NCBI GenBank assembly: GCA_041658285.1
Contig: JBBAAP010000011.1
Coordinates: 3,308-67,307, forward strand
Direction: 5' to 3'
From: Candidatus Brocadiia bacterium
GTDB taxonomy: Bacteria; Planctomycetota; MHYJ01; JACQXL01
Length of the DNA: 64,000 nucleotides
Position 1 is the stretch's first letter; the number at the start of each line of letters is the position of its first letter. The translations under genes were made by a program, and so were the position numbers. This document shows, piece after piece, positions 18,286 to 28,434 of this stretch. Below the pieces are notes generated by a model that was given only the letters and a program-made list of their open reading frames with translations, was not told the origin of the DNA and made no database searches.

Positions 18286-18332
18286 TTTTAAACCACGAAT
18301 TAACACGAATATACACTAATTTATTCTCGTGG
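18286..18332. promoter_or_regulatory. inverted repeat AACCACGAA-N-TTCTCGTGGTT upstream of the giant pseudopilin-like gene
   Basis: aaccacgaattaacacgaatatacactaatttattctcgtggtt. Same half-site as the repeats at 57350-57500 and 35350-35375. Confidence 0.3.
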
Positions 18333-18337
18333 TTATA

Positions 18338-18372
18338 CTTCGGCAGTTGATGCAAAGCGACAGCATCTTTTC
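18338..18372. repeat. partial copy (hairpin-1 half) of the two-hairpin palindromic element
   Basis: tacttcggcagttgatgcaaagcgac differs by 2 nt from 9942-9967. An additional taactcgttatactc fragment at 18489-18503 matches the 12085-12105 palindrome. Confidence 0.55.
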
Positions 18373-18410
18373 TTTGACACTTTAGGGCTATCAGGGTATA
18401 ACTACGCCCG

Positions 18411-21400
18411 ATGAAACCAGCTGATATTCATAATCCCGCTCCGCTGCGCTTCGGGGATAAGGTCCTTTCAGGAGGCTGCGCACTGCCACTAACTCGTTAT
18501 ACTCGAAGTGGCACTAAACCGGGTATTGCACTGGTGATGGTGCTTTTGGTCCTGCTGGTTCTGATGTTCCTGGGCATACCGTTTGTCGCCTCGATGCTTC
18601 TTAAAGAGAAAACTAATAAGAATTCGCTGTTTTTGGCCAAGAGCCGCATTGCTGCGGTCAGCGCCCGCAATTATGCCATCGCTTCGCTCGTTCGTGGATG
18701 CCTGAGCGAGGAACGTAAGGATACGGCGCTTGACCCGTTCAATACCCCGGATTATGACGTCGGAGTCGAGTTTGCCTCGAGGGAGATGACTTATACCGAT
18801 GTGGCTGACCCCAAGGGTGTTATCTGGTCCACCCGGGTAATCGATGAACAATCCAAGATTAATATCGGAGAAATCGCCAAGGCGGCTGAAAACCATCATA
18901 CCTTGATGAATAACCTGATTTCCCAGATGAAGCCGGCCGACAAGCTGGATGATTACATTACCGAGCACAGTTACCGCGCCACGCCCTGGGTGGACGCGCA
19001 GATGTTGGGCGGATATATGCTATACCAGGATTATAAAGATATCATGCGCACGGCGCTTTACCTGAAGAATTCATATTGGTACAGCGAGACCGGCGTCCGG
19101 GTCCGGTTGACTGCCGGTAACAGGGAGTTTATCTCTACGGCCAGTTACCAGCCCTGCGGACAGGGGCTTTGCCTTGATGCTAATTCCATTAAGGTTGTTC
19201 CGCTGGAATACAGTCCGCATATACAACACCCGCATAAAAAGCCGCCTTTCCCTTTGAATCAAGAAATATGGCGGACCGTAGCGGCCGGAGGATACACCTG
19301 GCTTTACATTGACCGAAACGTGCCGCCAGAGTTCCTGACGCCGGATACTATTTTCGAGGTGGAACAGCCGCACGCGGTGAATATAAACACCGCACCCAAG
19401 GAATTGGTCACGGCCTTATTGTGGGAATTGGGCCGGCGGTATTATGACCCGATTTTTAGCAGGCAGGTTGACGAGCGCATCAGTCTGGGCCAGGCCCAGA
19501 TGCTGGCCACAATGATAAAATCACGTGACTTCGCTAATCCAACCGACTGGCTGGGTTTCCTGCTCGATGTCAATGACAGCCGGATTATCACGGGGACGCA
19601 CGTATCGGCCTTGTGGACTAATTCGCGCCATCCCCGGTCATCGGCTTTTTACGATATTATCGACGAGCGGTTTACCGGGACATTGCCGTTCTGCTACCGC
19701 AGTTATGATACCTATAATATTAAGTCCACCGGCGTGGTTAATTATCCTTCAGGGTTGGAAGCGGCTCGGACGGTATTCAATGATATTGTGGAAGTTGCTC
19801 CGGCCCAGACTGCTACATTCCTTCTTGAGTCGCAATACGATTTTGATGAACAGTTTAATATGTTGTTGGGTAACCCCAGGCGATTCAGCACATTTCCTAA
19901 CGTATCTACTTTAAGGGTGGATAATTACATTGTCGGTTCGACTGAATACGTTGAGCCGGATTATTTGCGTTCAACCCAGCCGGAGATTGGGGAACTAAAG
20001 CTGAAGACGGCTGAAGATGACCGGGGAATAGACGTGATTTATAAGGATTCTTTTGAAGACACCCAGGAAGGGGAGCAGTTGGCCGGGACAGCTTTGACCT
20101 ATCAGAGCGATGATACGTTTGTTTTTCCGCCGGACCCGGCGAATAAGCCGGATATTTATCCGGGCGGAATCGAGCTCTGGGTGAAATTTTCTGCCAGCCC
20201 GTCGGGGTATATCGCTGATATTCGCCAGAGCGAATACGAGAACCGGATAAGCATTTCTTACGAGAATAACGAGTTGATATTGACGGTTTGTGACGCGGGC
20301 ATAGAGCGAAAATCGGCGCGGGTGGTGGCGCCGGTACAGTTGAGGGAAAATATCTGGTATCACATCGGCGCTTATTTTGAAGGCACCAAGCATTCCGGAT
20401 TGGCTTTATTCCTGGACGGCAAACCGGTGGGCAGTTTTGCTCACTACGACGATATGGACCGGGCTATTATTACGGAGTTGATGGCTGATGTGCCGGATAC
20501 GGTTACAGTCGCACCCGGGACTGACCTGATAATTCCGGTTAAGGATACCTCTTGTTTCCCGGGATCCGGTGTTATCCAGGTTGGAGAAGAAGCCATTGAA
20601 TATTCCGAAATCGTCGGCGGCGGGTTCAAAGTCCCGGTTTTTTGGAATATGTCGAATACCCCTCCGACTCCGGTGGGGAACGGCCGGGGACAGCGCGGCA
20701 CGGTGCTTATGGCGCATCCGGCCGGCGCTAAGGTAACGCCCTTTGGCTATTCTAACTTATTCGTCAGCAATGTTGATGTAACTGGTCCCGGTTTTCCTGC
20801 ACCGGTCCGGATAGATTATCAGCCCCTGCCGAAAGGCGGCGCTACTTTAGTTGAAAGCATTCTTGACACCTTGCCGCAGACAACTATTAACTGGCCTTTA
20901 GGTATTGATGCGGCAGATACGGTTATTACCGTTACTTCGGTAACTAATTTTCCTAATGAGGGATACGTCAGGCTGGGCAATAATGAAGTTATTTTTTATT
21001 TAGGTAAGGATGACAACTCCAAAACGCTGTTGAATTGCCGACGCGGTTTGTTGGGCACTGTCGGCCGTGACCACAGCAGCGGCGAGGCCGTGGATATGTA
21101 TTCCATAAAGGTCTCCGACAATACCGAATATCCGTCGCCGGGTATGATTCAGATTGACGACGAATGGATAGGGTTGGTCCAGAAAGGGGAAACGCCCGAA
21201 TACTTTACAGGCGTGGTTAACGGTACTACTCCGGTTGATTTTATGAGAGGTGTCTACGGACAAAGGACGCCTCATATGTCCGGAGCCTTGATTATTCCGG
21301 TGCTGGCGGCTGATGAACCTACTTGCGGCAAGGGCGATGTGGTGACTATTGTCGAAGATGACCATGTGACTGACAGCAAAGAAATGAAAACCATCCGTAA

Positions 21401-22532
21401 CGCAATGCGTTACAATGACGCGCAGACCGGAGAACCGAAATGTTTGCTGGCTTTTTTTGATAATCTTAGCAGGAATTATGATGTTGACGGAATAACAAGG
21501 ATGCTTAAATTTCCTTCGGATGAACTGCCTTCTTACTTGCCGGGCAATTTTTATATCGGCGGGGATGAGGCAGGTGGGTCTATACTGGGAATGGTGGATG
21601 AATTAAAGTGCTACAGCGGGGACCAGATAAATCGCCCGCTTTCGGACACATTGTATTCCGATACGCACAATGACCGGATCAGGGTACTGAATCTTAATGG
21701 CATGTCACCTTCAGGCGGGGTTATCAAAATAGGGGATGAGATTATCGGGTATGGCGGTATCGATTACCTGGCCGGCGAAATTACCGGGTGCGTACGCGGA
21801 TATCTCAATTCTACGCCGCAAACGCACGACTATCGGGAGAGGATATTCTATATTCCTTATTTGCCGGTGGCTGCATTAAAAAATAATCTTAGCCCGACTG
21901 ATTTTTCCGTGCCGGTCAGTACTATGAATGGTTTTTCGACGGACGCGGCTTATTTGTTGGTTGGTAATGACTTCAGCCAATCGGAGATGATCGGGTATCT
22001 TTGGCGAGATACCGGTAATGGACAGTTTCTGATGCCTTCTGATCGGACCGGTACGGGAATGTTCCGGGGGGCATTTGGGACTCCGGTTGGTTCATTTATA
22101 CAGGGGACGCTGGTTTACGCCATGCCGTTCCGTTACTGGCATTTGGAAAAACGCCAGGCGTTTCATCATGAAATGGCCTATTTCCATACGGCTCATTTTT
22201 CACGGGATGCCACATGGCAGAAGGTGCGCTGGACTGAGCGGCACGATCCGGCAGACGATGGGCTGGTCCAGTGGAGATTCTTAGTTCGGTTTGATAGCGG
22301 GCCGCACTGGGCCGATACGCCAACGAACCGCAAGGACGGTTTGTTTGAGTTCTTTTCACGGAATAGGGAGCAGGTTCTTAACATCGTTGCTAACCAGATA
22401 GAACTGCTGGCATTTGTCCAGTACCAGCCTGGCGCATTTCTTACGGATTCCTGGAAACGCGCCCCAGCTTTGACTAATCTATACATTGATTATTCTAAAC
22501 CTTCAGATATTATTTCCCACCAGGAAGAATAA
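18411..22532 (+). CDS. giant GspK-like pseudopilin N-terminus fused to a LamG/ConA-like adhesin-type extracellular region
   Basis: 1373 aa. N-terminal KPGIALVMVLLVLLVLMFLGIPF hydrophobic segment resembles GspK/PilX-type minor pseudopilins and lacks a classical G-FTLIE motif. A central segment (ELWVKFSASPSGYIADIR...WYHIGAYFEGTKHSGLALFLDGKPVG) looks like a laminin-G/concanavalin lectin fold. Exact start codon uncertain. Confidence 0.55.
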   Translation: MKPADIHNPAPLRFGDKVLSGGCALPLTRYTRSGTKPGIALVMVLLVLLVLMFLGIPFVASMLLKEKTNKNSLFLAKSRIAAVSARNYAIASLVRGCLSEERKDTALDPFNTPDYDVGVEFASREMTYTDVADPKGVIWSTRVIDEQSKINIGEIAKAAENHHTLMNNLISQMKPADKLDDYITEHSYRATPWVDAQMLGGYMLYQDYKDIMRTALYLKNSYWYSETGVRVRLTAGNREFISTASYQPCGQGLCLDANSIKVVPLEYSPHIQHPHKKPPFPLNQEIWRTVAAGGYTWLYIDRNVPPEFLTPDTIFEVEQPHAVNINTAPKELVTALLWELGRRYYDPIFSRQVDERISLGQAQMLATMIKSRDFANPTDWLGFLLDVNDSRIITGTHVSALWTNSRHPRSSAFYDIIDERFTGTLPFCYRSYDTYNIKSTGVVNYPSGLEAARTVFNDIVEVAPAQTATFLLESQYDFDEQFNMLLGNPRRFSTFPNVSTLRVDNYIVGSTEYVEPDYLRSTQPEIGELKLKTAEDDRGIDVIYKDSFEDTQEGEQLAGTALTYQSDDTFVFPPDPANKPDIYPGGIELWVKFSASPSGYIADIRQSEYENRISISYENNELILTVCDAGIERKSARVVAPVQLRENIWYHIGAYFEGTKHSGLALFLDGKPVGSFAHYDDMDRAIITELMADVPDTVTVAPGTDLIIPVKDTSCFPGSGVIQVGEEAIEYSEIVGGGFKVPVFWNMSNTPPTPVGNGRGQRGTVLMAHPAGAKVTPFGYSNLFVSNVDVTGPGFPAPVRIDYQPLPKGGATLVESILDTLPQTTINWPLGIDAADTVITVTSVTNFPNEGYVRLGNNEVIFYLGKDDNSKTLLNCRRGLLGTVGRDHSSGEAVDMYSIKVSDNTEYPSPGMIQIDDEWIGLVQKGETPEYFTGVVNGTTPVDFMRGVYGQRTPHMSGALIIPVLAADEPTCGKGDVVTIVEDDHVTDSKEMKTIRNAMRYNDAQTGEPKCLLAFFDNLSRNYDVDGITRMLKFPSDELPSYLPGNFYIGGDEAGGSILGMVDELKCYSGDQINRPLSDTLYSDTHNDRIRVLNLNGMSPSGGVIKIGDEIIGYGGIDYLAGEITGCVRGYLNSTPQTHDYRERIFYIPYLPVAALKNNLSPTDFSVPVSTMNGFSTDAAYLLVGNDFSQSEMIGYLWRDTGNGQFLMPSDRTGTGMFRGAFGTPVGSFIQGTLVYAMPFRYWHLEKRQAFHHEMAYFHTAHFSRDATWQKVRWTERHDPADDGLVQWRFLVRFDSGPHWADTPTNRKDGLFEFFSRNREQVLNIVANQIELLAFVQYQPGAFLTDSWKRAPALTNLYIDYSKPSDIISHQEE

Positions 22533-22589
22533 TTCGGGTTGAGCGCAACAATAGACCGAAAATATATAAGGGCTTGGTAAGGTTTTTAG

Positions 22590-22618
22590 TTGACAAATCA
22601 ACCAGTTTGTCATATACT
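22590..22618 (+). promoter_or_regulatory. sigma70-like promoter (TTGACA-17-TATACT)
   Basis: TTGACA at 22590-22595 and TATACT at 22613-22618, 14 nt before the ATG at 22632. Confidence 0.45.
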
Positions 22619-22631
22619 ATACACAAGATAT

Positions 22632-23732
22632 ATGAAAAGAACGTTTCAATTATTAATAGTGGTAATCATTGTTCTGGGCGGTTATATTGTTCTTGATTTT
22701 GTCCAGAGCAGGGCAGATGAGAAGCTTTTTCAGAAACAGTTGGAGACTTCAGTTACTGGACCTGCGATATCAAATGAAACTATAAACCGCGGTATTGCTA
22801 AAGAGATTCTTGTGAAGATGCCCTGGCCCAGTTTCGAAGGTACAAATGTCGGCAAGCCTGTTTCTCAGGCTGATGTTGTTGTCAAGTCACAGTTAAGGCT
22901 TAATGGCATAATTATTGAGCCGGGCCGCCCGGCTACGGCTTTTATTGAGGATCTGATTTCCAAGCAGTCTGGCTGGTATATCGAAAATGAGCGTTTGAAC
23001 GAGTGGATTATTGTCAAGATAACAGAGGATGAAGTAACGCTTCGCAACAATGCCGGTGAAATTTCCCGATTGACTATAGAGCGCACTTGGGGAGCGGCCA
23101 TAACCAATAGCGTGGTGGATTTGGTCAAAGGAGCTCAGAATATTGTTAATATGGCGTCGCCGGCTAATATGGCTGATATGGCCAAGATAATTGAGCCTAT
23201 GCTTAAAAAGGATGTACCCATAGAGCAGCTTCGGCCTCAGATTCAGGCGATTATTAATACTTTACCGCGCAAGGTTATCGAAGATCAGCTTCAGACATTG
23301 GGGATTGCGCCTTCAGAGATACCGCCGGATACAAACCTGACCGATTATGCGATAAAATTACTGGCTATTGGGCGTAATGAACAGGTTACTATTAGTGGGG
23401 CAGTCGTTGATATGCTGTTTTCACTTCAGGTTAATAAGGACAATAGCCCAATGACGCCGACAAAGATATTACCGATTGGTAAATACCGGATTTATGCTTG
23501 TTTCCCCAATAAGGATGCGTTAAAAGGGATATCTAAAGCAATTATTCGTTGGAATAACCAGACATCGGGGGAAACAGTAAGCATGAAACTTCATTCACTT
23601 GATCCTAATGCGCCCAACAATTTTATCTGGTTGGAGGCGAAGGAAGGTTGGACCAGGGGTACCTACGAGGTGGAACTTTTCAGGGTTAATACAGCCGAAA
23701 AGGTGGCTAGCGGAATATATAGAGTGGAGTGA
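22632..23732 (+). CDS. hypothetical membrane-anchored periplasmic protein (candidate secretin-associated component)
   Basis: Start taken at MKRTFQLLIVVIIVLGGYIVL (signal anchor). No recognised domain. Tightly coupled to the secretin gene with a 4-nt gap. Confidence 0.4.
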   Translation: MKRTFQLLIVVIIVLGGYIVLDFVQSRADEKLFQKQLETSVTGPAISNETINRGIAKEILVKMPWPSFEGTNVGKPVSQADVVVKSQLRLNGIIIEPGRPATAFIEDLISKQSGWYIENERLNEWIIVKITEDEVTLRNNAGEISRLTIERTWGAAITNSVVDLVKGAQNIVNMASPANMADMAKIIEPMLKKDVPIEQLRPQIQAIINTLPRKVIEDQLQTLGIAPSEIPPDTNLTDYAIKLLAIGRNEQVTISGAVVDMLFSLQVNKDNSPMTPTKILPIGKYRIYACFPNKDALKGISKAIIRWNNQTSGETVSMKLHSLDPNAPNNFIWLEAKEGWTRGTYEVELFRVNTAEKVASGIYRVE

Positions 23733-23736
23733 ATTT

Positions 23737-25668
23737 ATGAAATATAAGATTCTTGTCATGTGTTTATTGATGATGGCTCCGGTGTTTGCCCAAGAGCCTG
23801 CGACGCCTTCCACGCCCACAGGAGGTGTGGTAAAATATAATGGTCCGGTTAAGCTGAGTGAACTTCTTGGGTACATAGGGAACCGCGAGCAGAGGACCAT
23901 TATTTATGCCGATGCGGCTATCCCGCAGGAAACCATATTTGTTATTACGCCCAAGGAAGGCATCTCTGTGGATAATTTCCTTAATATGATAGATACATTG
24001 CTTAGGTTGAAGAATGTAGTGGCTATTAGAACGGAAACCACGCTTAAGGTGATGAGGACAGGTGATGCCCGCGACATTACGCCGGTTAGGCCGCCTGCTG
24101 ATATAGGGAGTCTGCCCGATACCGACCAGCTTATTACCCAAACTATCCCATTGAAGTATCTTGATGCCAATACGGCTAATCAGATAGTTCAGCAGATGAG
24201 GGGCAAGGATACTCAGAGTATTGCTTCGATGGATGGCAACAGTATTATTGTTGTCGATTATGCATCCAACATCAAGAGGTTTTACGAGATATTAAAACAG
24301 CTTGATATTGAGCAGACGCCCTATCTGAGCGAGGTAAGGATATTGAAGAACGCATCTTCCACCGCAGTCAAAACTGCGCTGGATAGTTATGTTCAGGGTA
24401 CGGCGCAGTTCATTAAGCAAAAGGCCGGAGTGCCTCCGGCCCGTCCTTTTATCACGGTTGATGAACGTACCAGCACTATAATGATATTTGCCTTAGAGAA
24501 AGATATGCCACAGCTTTTAAAGCTGGTTGAAATGCTTGACAAGGAAGCGGCGCAGAAGGATACGTCGGTTTATATTTACAAGTTGGTCAATACCACAGCG
24601 GATGATATCGCGAAAATAGTTTTGGATGCTTACAGCAAACAACAGTTCCAACCGCCGGCCCGCCGGACTATGGAAATTATCAGCGTCACTGCAGAAAAGA
24701 GCACTAACTCACTGATTATTGTTGCTCCGCCTAGAATTTATGAAGAGATGGTTGAGTTGATAAAAAAACTAGATGTCCGTAAATTGCAGGTGAACATTGA
24801 GGCGGCTATTGGTGAGTTTTCTTACGACAAGATGCTGGAACTTGGTATCGAACTCGCCGCATTCAGCCAGCCGACTGTTGCGGGTACTAATGCGACGAAT
24901 GTTAGTGGTGCGCCGCTTCCCGGTGTTATTGCCGGAACTACTTTTGGTTTGTCGCAAATAAAGCCGGATGGGGGAAAAGTACCTATTCCGCCGACATATG
25001 GTGGTTTGACAATGGGTTTATGGGCCGGGAAACAAGACAGCATTCCTTTTTTGCTCAGGGCGGCTAAAACAGATGGAGACGTTAATGTCAAGGCCGCGCC
25101 TTCTATTGTGGTTAATGATAATTCAGAGGCAACGATTACTATCGGGGAAAAGATTCCTTATGATACGAAAACAGTCGGGCCGGATGGTACGGTTACTGGC
25201 ATTACTTTCGGCGGATATCTGGAAGCAGCTATTAAGCTTAAGATAATTCCTCATATCAGCGAGGATGATTATCTGCGGCTTGAAATAGACCAGACAGTTG
25301 ATGAATTTATGGAAACATCGTATTCAGATACAAGGCCGGGTACGACCTCGCGTTCGGCCAAGACCATGGTGACTATTCCGAATAAGAATACAGTTGCTAT
25401 CGGCGGGATGAAGAAAGAGTATAAAACTTACACTGTGTCCAAGGTTCCTTTTTTAGGTGATATACCGATATTTGGGTTTTTCTTTAGCAAGACCAAGGAG
25501 GTTGTGCGGGAGAAATACCTGTGGATATTCATCAAGCCGGAGATTATAAAGAATTTTCAGGATTTGATTGAGAAGACCAAGCAGGATCAGAAAACGCTGG
25601 AAGGTGTTCAGAATAATAAAGAGGGTATTAAGGATAAGGACTACATAGAAACACCTGTTAATAAATAA
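23737..25668 (+). CDS. secretin (GspD/PilQ family outer-membrane channel)
   Basis: Start re-called at MKYKILVMCLLMMAPVFAQ (signal peptide). N-domains, then C-terminal secretin core (NVKAAPSIVVNDNSEATITIGEKIPY ... VPFLGDIPIFGFFFSKTKEVVREKYLWIFIKPEII). Confidence 0.85.
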   Translation: MKYKILVMCLLMMAPVFAQEPATPSTPTGGVVKYNGPVKLSELLGYIGNREQRTIIYADAAIPQETIFVITPKEGISVDNFLNMIDTLLRLKNVVAIRTETTLKVMRTGDARDITPVRPPADIGSLPDTDQLITQTIPLKYLDANTANQIVQQMRGKDTQSIASMDGNSIIVVDYASNIKRFYEILKQLDIEQTPYLSEVRILKNASSTAVKTALDSYVQGTAQFIKQKAGVPPARPFITVDERTSTIMIFALEKDMPQLLKLVEMLDKEAAQKDTSVYIYKLVNTTADDIAKIVLDAYSKQQFQPPARRTMEIISVTAEKSTNSLIIVAPPRIYEEMVELIKKLDVRKLQVNIEAAIGEFSYDKMLELGIELAAFSQPTVAGTNATNVSGAPLPGVIAGTTFGLSQIKPDGGKVPIPPTYGGLTMGLWAGKQDSIPFLLRAAKTDGDVNVKAAPSIVVNDNSEATITIGEKIPYDTKTVGPDGTVTGITFGGYLEAAIKLKIIPHISEDDYLRLEIDQTVDEFMETSYSDTRPGTTSRSAKTMVTIPNKNTVAIGGMKKEYKTYTVSKVPFLGDIPIFGFFFSKTKEVVREKYLWIFIKPEIIKNFQDLIEKTKQDQKTLEGVQNNKEGIKDKDYIETPVNK

Positions 25669-25856
25669 GTTCTGTTGAAATAAAATGTGCTTATAGAGCG
25701 TTATATAAGAAGAGGAGATTTTGTGATGGTGGAGTTTATAGTGTTAAAATATAAACGAAATGCTTGACAATTATGTATGGGAGAGTATTTTGCCATATAA
25801 AAATAGGGGAAGTTAGTATATAGGCATCAAATTTTAACTCGGAAAGGAGTTAAGAT

Positions 25857-27191
25857 ATGAAAAATTGGCAATGGTTGGTGTTGATTAGTGTCCCATTTTT
25901 TGCATTTATACTTGCAGGTTGTCCTTGGGCTGGTGAGGATGATTACGAAACAGGCGCCAGCGGAGTTATTTCAGGAGTTGTGGGTGGAGTCGGTTCTTGG
26001 GAATTGATAGCGCCTTGGCTCAGTCCGGGCGGAAGAAACCAGCCTCCGGTGGGAACGCCTCTGGTTGCGGCCCGTGAACAGCATACTATGGTATGGACAT
26101 GGCCCGGTACTCCTAGATTTATTATCTGGGGTGGTCGTGGCGTAGGCGGTTATTTGACTTCTGGCGCATTGTGGAGACAAAGTACCAGGGTTTGGTCTGC
26201 TACACCGGCCGTATTTACCGGCGGTTGGTATGGCGGTGGTTTGCCTCCCCGAACCGGACATACCGCCGTTTGGGATGGACAGGAAAAGATTGTTTTTGGC
26301 GGTCAGGGTTCAGACGGTACCATATATAACAGTGGGGCAATGTATGACCCGGCCGGTGCGACCTGGATATATATGAGTCCTCCTTCCTCGGTCTATACCA
26401 GAATCGGACATACTGCTAATTGGAACGGTACCAGGATGCTCGTATTCGGTGGATATGGTAGTGCTTCCTATTCCTATTACTGGTGGTGGACGTATACTCC
26501 GGCCACATTCTTAGCTAGCTTGCAGATATTTAATCCGACGCTTAATACCTGGACTAATGGTTCAACCAGTGGCGAGGCAACACCGCGTTGGAATCATACG
26601 TCAATCTGGACAGGCACAGAACTTATTGTTTGGGGCGGTTCGTCCGCTTCTTATCTTAATAACGGCCGCAGATATAATTTTTCTACAGACAGTTGGAGTG
26701 AAATGACTCTTAGCCGTGCACCTTCGGCGCGAGAAAACCATACAGCGGTGTTTACCGGGAACGGCACCAATGCTTGGAATAATAAGATGATTATCTGGGG
26801 CGGAGGCAGTCCGCGGCCTACGAACTCTGGTGGTATCTATGATATTGCGCTTGATCAATGGTTGCCGGTAACAGATGGTATCACGGCACCGATATCTAGG
26901 ACAAATCATACGGCGTTATGGACTAATCCTGGTGTTGATGATGATACCATTAGATTTAAGAGAATGATTGTTTGGGGCGGGACTGATACGGATGGTAACC
27001 AGTTGAACTCGGGAGGCATTTATGACCCGTTGACTAATACTTGGCAGGCAACGCAACAGAGTGCCAATCCTCCTCCGGTTAGAAGGCGTCATACGGCAGT
27101 CTGGACCGGGACTCAAATGGTAATATTTGGGGGTTATAACGGTGAGGATTATCTTAGTGATGCTTGGATATATACTCCGCCGGCAAGATAA
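25857..27191 (+). CDS. Kelch-repeat beta-propeller lipoprotein
   Basis: 444 aa. Lipobox LAGC. At least 6 Kelch-like blades (HTAVWDG..IVFGG; HTANWNGTRMLVFGGYG; HTSIWTGTELIVWGG; HTAVWTGTQMVIFGGYNG). Confidence 0.75.
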   Translation: MKNWQWLVLISVPFFAFILAGCPWAGEDDYETGASGVISGVVGGVGSWELIAPWLSPGGRNQPPVGTPLVAAREQHTMVWTWPGTPRFIIWGGRGVGGYLTSGALWRQSTRVWSATPAVFTGGWYGGGLPPRTGHTAVWDGQEKIVFGGQGSDGTIYNSGAMYDPAGATWIYMSPPSSVYTRIGHTANWNGTRMLVFGGYGSASYSYYWWWTYTPATFLASLQIFNPTLNTWTNGSTSGEATPRWNHTSIWTGTELIVWGGSSASYLNNGRRYNFSTDSWSEMTLSRAPSARENHTAVFTGNGTNAWNNKMIIWGGGSPRPTNSGGIYDIALDQWLPVTDGITAPISRTNHTALWTNPGVDDDTIRFKRMIVWGGTDTDGNQLNSGGIYDPLTNTWQATQQSANPPPVRRRHTAVWTGTQMVIFGGYNGEDYLSDAWIYTPPAR

Positions 27192-27212
27192 TTTATTAGA
27201 AAGTGTGATGAT

Positions 27213-27431
27213 ATGCGTGACAAGGTAGAAGCAGTACTTAATAAGATTCGTCCTATGCTGGTTGCGGATGGCGGTAATATAGAGCTCGTGGACGTTAAGG
27301 ACGGGGAAGTTTCTGTAAGATTAACCGGGGCATGTGGTTGTTGCCCGATGTCTCAGATGACCTTAAAGATGAGTGTGGAAGAAGCACTCAAAAAAGAAAT
27401 TCCTCAGATTAAGAAAGTCAAGGCAGTCTAG
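27213..27431 (+). CDS. NifU-like Fe-S cluster assembly protein (Nfu C-terminal domain type)
   Basis: 72 aa. GGNIELVDVKDGEVSVRLTGACGCCPMSQMTLK is the NifU C-domain signature. Confidence 0.85.
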   Translation: MRDKVEAVLNKIRPMLVADGGNIELVDVKDGEVSVRLTGACGCCPMSQMTLKMSVEEALKKEIPQIKKVKAV

Positions 27432-27443
27432 CCGGTAAATAAC

Positions 27444-28370
27444 TTGAGAGAACAATTCTGGCGTAGAATTCCTGTACCTAAGACACTTCTTTTTTATCTA
27501 GAGTATATATTAACTCGGGTAATTTTCTGTCTGTTGCTTGCGTTGCCGTTGCAACTGGCCAGGGTGTTGATAACTAGTTTTATTTATGTGTTATCAGCTT
27601 TTGCTAAGCGGCAGATTGCCGTTATGATTGATAATCTCCATTTTGCCGGAATCAACATCAAGCCGATTTCGGTATTAAGTCATTTCGCAGAAACTATTCT
27701 TGATTTAGCTCGATCAATGCGCCTGATCCGGAGAGCAACATTTCAAAAGTATTTTTCGTTTGAGAATGAAGCGGTTTTGGGAAAAGCTGTTAATTCTAAT
27801 AATGGTGTGATATTAGTTTCCGGTCATTTAGGTAACTGGGAGATGGGGGTGGCGGCATTAGCGTTGGCGGGGTATTCCGTTAATCTTGTAGCTTTTAAGC
27901 AAATAAACCCATATCTTGATGGACTGATTAACCACTACCGGGTTAAATATGGCGTTAAGGTGATGTATTCCAAAGGGGCTATTAGCCGATGTGTCGAAGT
28001 ACTGAATAAGCATGAAATTGTAGTGATGCTCATAGATCAAACCGGAAGAGATGACGGTGTTATGGTTGATTTCTTCGGACGGACGGTTCCGGCTATGTGG
28101 GGTCCGGCTAACCTGGCGCTTAAAACTGCTTCGCCTATAATTCCATTTGCTTGCGTCAAAAGCAAACCTAATGAGATGCGATATTTGATAACCTTTTTGC
28201 CGGAGGTCCAGTGCCAGCGGACTGGAGATAAAGATCGGGATATCCAACTTATAACTCAGTTCTACATTAAGAATCTCGAGTTTTTAATCAGGAAATATCC
28301 CGAACAATGGATATGGTTTCATCGAAGATGGAAACAGTACATACCCGCAGAAAACAAGCAAAATTCTTGA
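27444..28370 (+). CDS. lysophospholipid / lipid A acyltransferase (LpxL/HtrB-like)
   Basis: 308 aa. TTG start per ORF track. VSGHLGNWEMG motif of lipid A biosynthesis lauroyl/myristoyl acyltransferases. Confidence 0.65.
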   Translation: MREQFWRRIPVPKTLLFYLEYILTRVIFCLLLALPLQLARVLITSFIYVLSAFAKRQIAVMIDNLHFAGINIKPISVLSHFAETILDLARSMRLIRRATFQKYFSFENEAVLGKAVNSNNGVILVSGHLGNWEMGVAALALAGYSVNLVAFKQINPYLDGLINHYRVKYGVKVMYSKGAISRCVEVLNKHEIVVMLIDQTGRDDGVMVDFFGRTVPAMWGPANLALKTASPIIPFACVKSKPNEMRYLITFLPEVQCQRTGDKDRDIQLITQFYIKNLEFLIRKYPEQWIWFHRRWKQYIPAENKQNS

Positions 28371-28395
28371 CATTGTATACACAAACCGATAATAT
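28367..28395 (+). promoter_or_regulatory. sigma70-like promoter (TTGACA-17-TAATAT) for the OmpA-like gene
   Basis: TTGACA at 28367-28372 and TAATAT at 28390-28395. Overlaps the last codons of the upstream gene. Confidence 0.4.
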
Positions 28396-28434
28396 CCAAA
28401 ATAGTATTATTATAACCAATAAAAGGAGTGTGTT

